Assembly (NCBI RefSeq): GCF_050633125.1
Contig: NZ_JBOEFX010000031.1
Location: 13,717 to 77,716 of the forward strand
Direction: 5' to 3'
Length of the DNA stretch: 64,000 bases
DNA from: Lewinella sp.
GTDB lineage: Bacteria; Bacteroidota; Bacteroidia; Chitinophagales; Saprospiraceae
The notes below the pieces were generated by a model. That model saw only the letters and a program-made list of their open reading frames with translations, did no database searches and had not been told where the DNA came from. Shown here in pieces: positions 47,856 to 56,393 of this stretch. The number at the start of each line of letters is the position of its first letter. Position 1 is the first letter of the stretch. The position numbers were made by a program, and so were the translations under genes.

Positions 47856-48152
47856 CTACGTCGCTTTTTGGTCGTTTGTTAAAACCTGCGCAAAAGTAGA
47901 TACTTTAACCCGTTTAAAAAAACTCCCTTTATCTTTTTTTAACACAAAGTAACACAGAGGAAATACTGATAAACAGTAAGTTAGCAAGTAATATGGCATT
48001 TTTACTACTGCTACGTTAGCCAGATGAAGCACAGTGCCATCATTTGTTTGTCGAAAAAACTTTTGCACAGAATATATTTTGGCAAGCTTCTTTTGATTCC
48101 CCCTGCTTTTCTTGCTAAATATTCTTTCATCAACTAGTTGCCATACGTACAC
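47856..48152 (-). CDS. Doubtful small ORF directly abutting the atpB start
   Basis: Its stop (47856-47858) is 1 nt from the atpB GTG. The sequence is AT-rich and Lys-rich, has one hydrophobic stretch, and does not resemble AtpZ/AtpI. Confidence 0.15.
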   Translation of the reverse strand: MYVWQLVDERIFSKKSRGNQKKLAKIYSVQKFFRQTNDGTVLHLANVAVVKMPYYLLTYCLSVFPLCYFVLKKDKGSFFKRVKVSTFAQVLTNDQKAT

Positions 48153-48231
48153 TTTTATTTTACCTTACCCTCAATCCTTCAAAAGGAGCTGTACATATAG
48201 AGCTTGGTAAGGACAACTTAAATTTGCAGCA

Positions 48232-49011
48232 ATGCAAAAAACAGAAAAAACGGGCTTAGTACTCTCTGGTGGTGCAATCAGAGGAATTGCCCACCTAGGC
48301 GTTCTCAAATTTCTCCAGGAAGCAGAAATAGAGCCAGACATCATCGCTGGAGCTAGCGCCGGTGCTTTGGTAGGTGCTTTTTATGCGGCAGGGTATACCG
48401 CTGAGGAGTCCCTTGCTTTTTTTCTTAAAAACAAACCGATCACCTGGCGCAATTACGCCCGTCGGAAACCTGGCATTCTGGTTTTTGACCGCTTCGCCCA
48501 AAGCCTGGCCGAACAATTTCCTATTGATCAATTTTCGGCACTAAAGAAACCACTCTTTATTACGCGTACAAACCTGGAGACAGGCAATGGAGAAATTGTT
48601 AATGAAGGGCCATTGATTAAAAACTTACTGGCTTCTGCAGCTTTCCCGCTGTTGTTTGCCCCCATTGAAATCAATGGCGTATTGTATTCCGACGGAGGGA
48701 TCACTAATAATTTCCCCATTGAACCTTTACTGCCGCTTTGTAAAAAAACATTGGGCATCTATGTCAACCCACTCCCGCAGAAGACAGCTGCCAAATTAAA
48801 AACTGCCTTTACCGTTGCAGAGAGGGCCTTTCAAATCAGTGTCACCCAGACCTCTCTCCCCAAATTCCGGGAATGCAATATCGTCATCATTCCAAAAAGA
48901 CTGGAAGAATACAGCTTGATCAACACCCGGCGAATTAAAGAAATTTTCCAGATTGGATACCAAGCCGCTTTTCAGGAGCGCAGTGCGCTCGAGAAGTTAT
49001 TCACCAAGTAA
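48232..49011 (+). CDS. Patatin-like phospholipase
   Basis: GGAIRG oxyanion motif and GASAGA (GxSxG) nucleophile elbow. The DGG motif is present as YSDGG. Confidence 0.85.
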   Translation: MQKTEKTGLVLSGGAIRGIAHLGVLKFLQEAEIEPDIIAGASAGALVGAFYAAGYTAEESLAFFLKNKPITWRNYARRKPGILVFDRFAQSLAEQFPIDQFSALKKPLFITRTNLETGNGEIVNEGPLIKNLLASAAFPLLFAPIEINGVLYSDGGITNNFPIEPLLPLCKKTLGIYVNPLPQKTAAKLKTAFTVAERAFQISVTQTSLPKFRECNIVIIPKRLEEYSLINTRRIKEIFQIGYQAAFQERSALEKLFTK

Positions 49012-49394
49012 ATCGCTCTGAAATAATAACTTAGCGCTTATTCCTAATGCGTGTCAAGCTCTCAATGCCCCAACATGAATTCAGTCAAGAATTGCGCTTC
49101 CCCCTATTCCCTGCCGCTATAAACTACCGGAATTCATAGATATCAGACTTTACAGAAACTAGGTATATACAACCTAAACGGAATAAATATTTTTGCCATA
49201 TATAAGGAGCCTTTCTCTATAGCCTATCTATCTTTTTTGCCTAAAAGAACAACGTAAAAATGCCATAGTATCCCTATGGGGTAAGTTCATCTGTCGTTTT
49301 CAATAAACGGAGAGGTGGCCAAACTTATCTTTTCGCAACACCCAACATTAAACACCAACTACAACATTTTTATCATTTTTTCAAACCCTATTTG

Positions 49395-52300
49395 ATGAAA
49401 AAAGCCATCAACAGATTCGGGCGACATTGTTCCCAATCATCCATTCCATTTCAACGATCTTTTTTAGTCTTATTTTTCTTAGCAGCAACCCTTCAACTTA
49501 GTGCGCAATTGGCCACCTGGGGTTTTGAAGGAGAAACAACCACTGCCAGTAGCATGGCAACTGACGTAACTGCCAATAATGCTGCCTTTGGTTCAGGACT
49601 TGGTAGTATCAACTTCTTCACCGGCAATGGCGGTGGAGATGCCTACTCTGCTAATAACTGGACCACCAGTGGTTCTATTGACACCGATGATTACCTAGAG
49701 GTAAGCATCAGCACTGATGATTGTAACCTACTAGAAATTCGTGGCTTCGATTTTGATGAAAGACGCTCCGGCACCGGGCCTGGAAACGTTTTTGTCGAAG
49801 TTGATTTCACATTAGCCGACGGCACCACAGGGTCTTCCGGTGTAGCTTCAGGTTCAATACCTGACAACAGCAGCTGGCGTAGCCAATCCTTTGTTTTTAC
49901 CTTGAATTGCACCGCAGCTACCTTCCGTATCTATGGATACAATGCAGAAGGAAGTACCGGCACTTGGCGGTTCGACAATATCGCTATCCAAGGCACAGTA
50001 GCTTTCGAGGACACACCACCTACGGTAACCTGCACCGAATTCAGCGAAACATACACTTCTATTTGCCCAAATTTCCTTGGCCCTAACACCATTACTACTC
50101 CTACTTGGATTCTAATTGGCGCTGATGGCGAAATCGGCTCTACAGCGGGTGGTACTTTCAATCAAACCATCGATTTATCCGGCTGTATAATTGATAACGA
50201 TACCGACTTGGCAGACATCGAATATAGCACTATCGATTCTTACGAAGAAAACAGAGGGGACTGTAGCATCACTATCGTCAACGAATACGCCTTCCGCGAT
50301 GCCTGTGGCAACGTGGCGGACGAAACCGTGTTGGTGAAATTCGTATTTGAAGACCCAGGTGTAGATCCTGACATTACTTGTCCGGCTGACGCTACGGTAG
50401 AATGCGGCATGTCTACTGATCCTGCTGATACGGGAGAAGCTACCGCCGACGACGATTGCCCCGCTAATCCTGTGGTCGCTTTTTCCGACTCCTTTATGGC
50501 AGATGGCTGCGGTTCAGGTACCGGAATCATTGCCCGAACCTGGACGGCCACCGATCAGTGTGGTGGCACTTCAAGTTGCGTACAAGAGATAGAGATCGTC
50601 GACACAACTCCACCTAATGTAAGCTGTGCAGAGTTCACGACTTTCTTTGATGGTGGGTGCTCCAGCTCTTTGTCACCGAACGTACCCTCGGGTGGCTTTG
50701 GTCCTATTCCCCTGGATGGTATGATTACCGTTGGTATCGGAATTGGTACGGGAGCAACTTACAATCTCGACCTTAACGGCTGCGTAAGTGACGGCTGTAC
50801 GGATGGCTTCACCGGTATGGGAATTCGTCTGGTCAGTTCCGTTGAAGGCACCGCTGATTGTGGCCAAACACTGACCAACACCTACGACATTCAGGATGCG
50901 TGTGGCAACATTTCTCCTGACCTTGTGACCATTGTCGCCACTTTCGGTGATACGGAAGGCCCGGAGGTAAATTGTGCTGAGTTTACCGCCACCTACGACG
51001 ACTGCCCCGATGGCCTGGGGCCAAATAGCCCGAACGGAGCATGGCATGACGTGCCGGACAACGGTACGTTTCTCGCCGCTTCCGGAGGCAGCTACATCGT
51101 AGTGGTAGACCTCAACGGTTGTGCCATGGATAACTGTAGCGACCTGACGGACCTGGAATACACCCTCTTCGATTCTTATTCCGAAGATGTTGAGCCAGGC
51201 TGTTCCATTACCCTCGTCAATGAATTTCAATTACGCGATGCCTGTGGCAACATCTCTGACGACTTAATTGTCACTAAAATCACGATTGAAACTTCTTCTA
51301 CTACCCCTCCTGCTATTAGTTGTCCGGATGATGTAACCGTGGAATGTGGCATGTCCACCGATCCTACAGCGACTGGCGAACCAACCGCTACCACGGAGTG
51401 TGGTGATGCTATTGTTACCTTCAATGATGAGTTCGCTGCCAACTGTGGCTCTGGTACCGGCGTTATCACCCGTACCTGGACGGCGACCAATGCTTGTGGT
51501 AGCAGCTCCTCTTCCTGTGTTCAGATCATCACAATAGTAGACACCGAAGCACCTGAAGTAAATTGTGCTGAATTCACCATGACTTTCGAGGGCTGCCCAG
51601 GTCCTTTAGGCGCGAATACCCCCGACGGAAATTACTTCGCGATCGGCCCTGACGGTGGCTTTACAGCTGCTTCGGGCGGATCCTATACCATGTTTCTTGA
51701 TTTGAGTTGTATTACCGATGCTTGTAGTTCTCTTGCGAATCTGGAAGTGACGCTAGCCGATTCTTACGAAGAAGATCGTACAGATTGTTCGGTGACGCTG
51801 ATCAACGAATTCTTCGTGCGTGACGAATGCGGTAACGTTGCGGACGACCGTATCATTACCCGTTTCACCATCCAGAATACTTCGGGTGTGATGATCGCTT
51901 GTCCCGCTAATGCCGATCTCACTTGTGGCGATTCTACCGATCCTATGGATACGGGTATGGCTACTGCCTCCGATGCTTGCGGTGATCTAACAGTAAGCTT
52001 TAGCGATGAAATCACGATGCGGTGCAATACTGGTGCATACGTCATCATCCGTACTTGGACGGCCACGGGGTGTGGAGCACCTGCTTCTTGTGAGCAGCTT
52101 ATTTTCCTGCGGGATGAAGAAGCTCCTGTTTTTGACGCAGCCTGTCAGGTTGACCTCACCTTCACTACAGAAACTGGTGATGTATGCCCTGCCGATGCGA
52201 TCATTTCACTCAGCGAAGGCGACGAACTCAGCACTACTGATACCTGGACCGTAGGTGGAAACGCGGTACCATCCCTTGATGGCTGTGTGAGCGACAACTG

Positions 52301-55300
52301 TGCGCTAGACGAAGAGATCACCATCACGGTGGATGATATCACCATCACCGACGACGGTACCTGCAACCGCAATATTGCCGTGACCTTCATCGCTGATGAT
52401 GGCTGTGGAAACGACTCCGAGCCGTTTACACTGAACTATACTTTCATCGATGATACAGCACCAGTATTCGATCTGGCTTGCCAGATTGACGCTACTTTCT
52501 TTACCGAAGATGGTAACGTCTGCCCCGCCGATGCCACCATCTCGCTGAGCGAAGGTGACGAAATCGACGTATTTACCGGCTGGACCGTGGGCGGAATTCC
52601 TATTCTTCCTCTACAAGGCTGTGTAGGTGACAACTGTACCGACGAAGGCGATCTAACCATCACCGTTGATGACATTACCGTGGTGGACGATGGCACTTGT
52701 AGCCGCGTGATCACGATTACCTTCATCGCCGACGATGGTTGTGGTAATTTCTCCGAGCCGTTCGTGTGTAACTATACCTTTATCGATAATACTGCTCCCG
52801 TTGTGAGCTTTAACGGCATCCCCGACGGTGGTACTTACACAGTGGAGTGTGACTTGCCTTCCACCACCTGGGATCCATTGATCGATATTGGCGAACTGAC
52901 GATCACTGACAACTGCTCCGCTATCAACTTTGCAGGGATTACAGAAGTACTAACGCAACTGTACGACGGGCCTTGTGTAGGCAATGTCCTCACTCGTTGG
53001 CAGCAGGTATTTACCGTGCAGGATGTATGTGGTAACACTACGGTCTACACCCTCTTCACCGAGATTATTGACACTACACCGCCGGTATTCGAAAACTCGC
53101 CCGCCGATGTGACCATCGAGTGTGACGAGACTGCGCCAGTTCCAGCAATGGAAGCTTTTGACTCCTGCTCCGAAGTAATCTACAATTTCAACGAGGTACG
53201 CACCAACGGCGACTGCCCCAACAACTACACCCTGACCCGCACCTGGCTGGCTTCGGACGGTTGTGGTAACACCAGTGTAGAAACACAGATCGTAACGGTC
53301 GAAGACACCACCCCACCGGTGTTTGAGTTTGTTGACGAATACGTAAGCGGCTACACCCCAGGGCAAGATGTTTTCATCGAATGTTCTGAATACGGCAATA
53401 TCTCACAGATCATTGCTAGTGCGGCTACTGCTTATGACAATTGTAGCGGTGTTACCCCAGTGGTTTACCAACTGGTTGACCTAGGTGGTTTTGATTGTGC
53501 CGAATATGGTTATTCTGGCCACTTGATCAGCACCTGGTTTACCGTTGACGAATGTGGCAATGCGGCTACAGCTACCATCAACTGGTACCTCGTAGACGAA
53601 ACGGCACCGACCTTCCAAGGACTGCCCGCAGATGCTTGTGCCAGCCTGGACAACCTGCCACCAGTGGCGGATGTACAAGCTGTGGATGACTGTGAATTGG
53701 CCGTGATGACTTTCAACCAGTCGGACCCCATTGACTGCGACGGTGGCCAATACATCGAACGCACCTGGAATGCAGAAGATGCTTGTGGAAACACCGCTAG
53801 CTACACCCAGCGCATCAGTCTGAACAACAGCAACGGACCAACGATCACCATCGACTACCCAGAAATTGGCGACGTGATGGACGGTGACTTGGTGCAACTG
53901 CCTATTGATTGTGATCAGGATATTGCCTTCTCTGTGGAGGAACTGGAAGCAGCGATCAGCATAGGTAGTGGTTGTGGAAGTGGTGAATCCAGCATCGAAC
54001 TCAACCTCATGGACGAGGGCGATTGTCAAGAGGATGGTTACTTTGCGCGTTACCGCTTAAGCGTGGTAGCGACCGATGCGTGTGGCAACACCGCTAGCTT
54101 GGGAATCATGATCGACTTTGTGGATATGACGCCACCTGTAGTGAGTAGCCCGAATGAACTTACCCTGAGCTGTGGCGACGACATTCCGATGATCGAAGCG
54201 ACGGACGCTTGTGGAGAGATTGCCAGTATGACTTTTGTGGACAGTGCGCCTATCGAAGTGAGCTGCTCGGCGAACCCCGTCGCTTACGACCGAACCTGGA
54301 CGGTAACGGATAATTGCGGTAACGCAACAACCTTTGCCCAAAGCATCATTGTACTTGACAATGAAGGCCCGGTGTTCAGCGGCGTGCCTGCTGATATGTG
54401 TAACAATACCGGCATTGACGTGGTCGTCACAGCAGTGGATGGCTGTACCGGTGATCAAGCACAGGTCTTCCTTAATGAAGTAATGAGCAGCGAAAGCGGT
54501 TGTGGCGAGGTGCTCACCCGCACATGGACAGCAACCGATGCTTGTGGTAACACAAGTACCGCCACTCAGCAAGTATTCTTTGATGACGACGTTGCGCCGA
54601 CCATCGAATTCACCAGTGATCTACTCTTCGGACTGGAAAGTGGCGACGAGTTGTTCCTCAACGTAGGTGATGGCTTTGGTGATCCTAACGATCCATTGCT
54701 GTTAACTTCCGATGATGTAACCGTGACCGATAACTGTGCAACGATAATTGCCGAAGTAATTATGGAAAGCTCCATTTCCGGCGATTGTGCAGCCGACGGC
54801 TATCTAGCGCAGTACGATTACAAGTTTATTGCTACCGACCCTTGTGGAAACACCAGCTCGGCTAGCCTGACGGTCTTCTACGTGGACGGCAACGCACCGA
54901 ATTTCTTCAATGTCCCTGCGGATGTAGAAGTATTCTGTGCAGCAATTCCCGCAGTAGCAAACGTAACAGCTAGCGATGATTACGACGAAGCAGTAGAAGT
55001 GATCTTTTCGGAAACGCAGATCGCTACCCCTGAAGGCGTTTTGATTACCCGCACATGGACAGCAACGGATAAATGTGGCAACACCAACTCCGTAAGTCAG
55101 GAGATACTGGTCGTAAACAATGACCTTGATGCAACCTTCAGCTTTGGTAGCGATGTGATTGAGTGTAACAGCGACAACAACCGCCTCGGTGTCACTGCGA
55201 TGGGAGGAACACCTCCTTACAGTTATCAGTGGCAGCTGACCTTCCCACTGGAAGATGGCTACATTACGACCGACCCAACGCTGGCTGGCATCCTGTTTAC

Positions 55301-55688
55301 GATGGGATACATCACGCAAACTTTCAGTGTATTAATCACTGATGCCAATGGTTGTGAGTACCTCGCTTCCGTAACCGTAGTGTGTGATTACTCTGACGAC
55401 GAAGGCGACTTTACGGGCAACGGCAGCAATGGTGCTGTGAAACTCAATGTTTACCCCAACCCTGTAAATGACCTATTGCAAGTGAAAGCCAATGGGCTGG
55501 AAGACGCACCGGTAACGGTAGCACTGTACAACCTATTCGGCCAGGAGCTGTCTCGTACAGCGGTAGATAACTGGACGCAGGAAGGATTAACCATCGATAC
55601 GCGCCGTTTCCCTAACGGAACTTACCTCCTACGCCTGACGGCGGACGGGCAGGAAGTGCAAACCAGGGAAGTGGTGATTTTGCATTAA
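49395..55688 (+). CDS. Giant (~2097 aa) T9SS-sorted surface protein made of HYR-like C..D.CGN repeat modules
   Basis: Signal peptide. Dozens of ..(R)TWTA(T)D.CGN.. modules. SprB-like GGTPPYSYQW repeat. Tail YPNPVNDLLQVKA..GTYLLRLTADG..VVILH. Confidence 0.8.
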   Translation: MKKAINRFGRHCSQSSIPFQRSFLVLFFLAATLQLSAQLATWGFEGETTTASSMATDVTANNAAFGSGLGSINFFTGNGGGDAYSANNWTTSGSIDTDDYLEVSISTDDCNLLEIRGFDFDERRSGTGPGNVFVEVDFTLADGTTGSSGVASGSIPDNSSWRSQSFVFTLNCTAATFRIYGYNAEGSTGTWRFDNIAIQGTVAFEDTPPTVTCTEFSETYTSICPNFLGPNTITTPTWILIGADGEIGSTAGGTFNQTIDLSGCIIDNDTDLADIEYSTIDSYEENRGDCSITIVNEYAFRDACGNVADETVLVKFVFEDPGVDPDITCPADATVECGMSTDPADTGEATADDDCPANPVVAFSDSFMADGCGSGTGIIARTWTATDQCGGTSSCVQEIEIVDTTPPNVSCAEFTTFFDGGCSSSLSPNVPSGGFGPIPLDGMITVGIGIGTGATYNLDLNGCVSDGCTDGFTGMGIRLVSSVEGTADCGQTLTNTYDIQDACGNISPDLVTIVATFGDTEGPEVNCAEFTATYDDCPDGLGPNSPNGAWHDVPDNGTFLAASGGSYIVVVDLNGCAMDNCSDLTDLEYTLFDSYSEDVEPGCSITLVNEFQLRDACGNISDDLIVTKITIETSSTTPPAISCPDDVTVECGMSTDPTATGEPTATTECGDAIVTFNDEFAANCGSGTGVITRTWTATNACGSSSSSCVQIITIVDTEAPEVNCAEFTMTFEGCPGPLGANTPDGNYFAIGPDGGFTAASGGSYTMFLDLSCITDACSSLANLEVTLADSYEEDRTDCSVTLINEFFVRDECGNVADDRIITRFTIQNTSGVMIACPANADLTCGDSTDPMDTGMATASDACGDLTVSFSDEITMRCNTGAYVIIRTWTATGCGAPASCEQLIFLRDEEAPVFDAACQVDLTFTTETGDVCPADAIISLSEGDELSTTDTWTVGGNAVPSLDGCVSDNCALDEEITITVDDITITDDGTCNRNIAVTFIADDGCGNDSEPFTLNYTFIDDTAPVFDLACQIDATFFTEDGNVCPADATISLSEGDEIDVFTGWTVGGIPILPLQGCVGDNCTDEGDLTITVDDITVVDDGTCSRVITITFIADDGCGNFSEPFVCNYTFIDNTAPVVSFNGIPDGGTYTVECDLPSTTWDPLIDIGELTITDNCSAINFAGITEVLTQLYDGPCVGNVLTRWQQVFTVQDVCGNTTVYTLFTEIIDTTPPVFENSPADVTIECDETAPVPAMEAFDSCSEVIYNFNEVRTNGDCPNNYTLTRTWLASDGCGNTSVETQIVTVEDTTPPVFEFVDEYVSGYTPGQDVFIECSEYGNISQIIASAATAYDNCSGVTPVVYQLVDLGGFDCAEYGYSGHLISTWFTVDECGNAATATINWYLVDETAPTFQGLPADACASLDNLPPVADVQAVDDCELAVMTFNQSDPIDCDGGQYIERTWNAEDACGNTASYTQRISLNNSNGPTITIDYPEIGDVMDGDLVQLPIDCDQDIAFSVEELEAAISIGSGCGSGESSIELNLMDEGDCQEDGYFARYRLSVVATDACGNTASLGIMIDFVDMTPPVVSSPNELTLSCGDDIPMIEATDACGEIASMTFVDSAPIEVSCSANPVAYDRTWTVTDNCGNATTFAQSIIVLDNEGPVFSGVPADMCNNTGIDVVVTAVDGCTGDQAQVFLNEVMSSESGCGEVLTRTWTATDACGNTSTATQQVFFDDDVAPTIEFTSDLLFGLESGDELFLNVGDGFGDPNDPLLLTSDDVTVTDNCATIIAEVIMESSISGDCAADGYLAQYDYKFIATDPCGNTSSASLTVFYVDGNAPNFFNVPADVEVFCAAIPAVANVTASDDYDEAVEVIFSETQIATPEGVLITRTWTATDKCGNTNSVSQEILVVNNDLDATFSFGSDVIECNSDNNRLGVTAMGGTPPYSYQWQLTFPLEDGYITTDPTLAGILFTMGYITQTFSVLITDANGCEYLASVTVVCDYSDDEGDFTGNGSNGAVKLNVYPNPVNDLLQVKANGLEDAPVTVALYNLFGQELSRTAVDNWTQEGLTIDTRRFPNGTYLLRLTADGQEVQTREVVILH

Positions 55689-55693
55689 CGCAG

Positions 55694-55746
55694 GTGCGAT
55701 GTGCGTCGTGCGAAGTGCGAAGTGCGTCGTGCGAAGTGCGAAGTGC
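55694..55746 (+). repeat. Tandem heptamer array (GTGCGAA/GTGCGTC/GTGCGAT, ~7.5 units) in the 3' UTR
   Basis: Read directly from the sequence. It begins 6 nt after the stop at 55686-55688. Confidence 0.85.
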
Positions 55747-55764
55747 TTGAGATAGTATAAAAAA

Positions 55765-55800
55765 GCGCCTCGGGACATAGCTGTTCCGGGGCGTTTTTTT
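55765..55800 (+). terminator. Intrinsic terminator of the 49395 gene
   Basis: GCGCCTCGGGAC-atagct-GTTCCGGGGCG followed by T7. It is near-identical to 61911..61947. Confidence 0.85.
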
Positions 55801-55854
55801 GTACTCGCACGGGCTGAAACCCATGCTACTCGCGGAACGGGCTTCAGGCCGTTA

Positions 55855-56015
55855 GTCTGGTGCGTAGGCCGTGAGGCCGAAGCTCGGGGCCGGGACGGCG
55901 CAAGGACAAGTGGATGGTAACGGTATGCAATGCGCAGCACTGCATAAGAGTGAACAGCCCGGTGCCGATCCCGTCCTGACTAGAAAAGTCGGGATGGGAG
56001 ACGGCATGGCCCACA
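55855..56015 (+). repeat. GC-rich structured repeat, copy B
   Basis: GCGTAG followed by GGCC-GTGA-GGCC. Core AACGGTATGCAATGCGCAGCACTGCATAAGAGTGAACAGCCC. A 12-bp stem TCCCGTCCTGAC/GTCGGGATGGGA contains two G-U pairs only when read on the plus strand. Confidence 0.75.
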
Positions 56016-56393
56016 ATTAAATTTTTTATGTTAAAATCTTGATTACAGTTGCTTACATATAACAAAATATACTATATTCACTAATCTGTGACTTAGCTTA
56101 TTCCCAAAAACACTAACCATGACACCAGCCCACACTCCTTATCGGCTATTTAGCGCCTTTCTATTAGCCCTCCCCTCTCAAAAGAATGCATATTTATATA
56201 ACGTTTTCCTCCCCTGCTAGCATTTGCTTGTAACGTTTCTCTAGAAACGGGTATAAAAAGTAATTAAACACTATAACTGTTCAACCTGTAAGGTGGTAAT
56301 CATTGCTATTACGCTCCTTACTACGCTTTTGTTTCCAAACATATAGACACCACATTTCTACTTAAACACACTTTCTTAATCTAAAACTTTATT

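Noticed and set aside
47856-48152. The 98-aa ORF abutting atpB as a possible AtpI/AtpZ.
   Set aside because: It shows no resemblance to the two-TM AtpZ pattern and has AT-rich, Lys-rich composition. I kept it only as a very low-confidence feature.
55694-55746. The tandem repeats after stop codons might be CRISPR arrays.
   Set aside because: The units are 7-14 nt with no spacers, the arrays are under 60 nt, and no cas genes are present.
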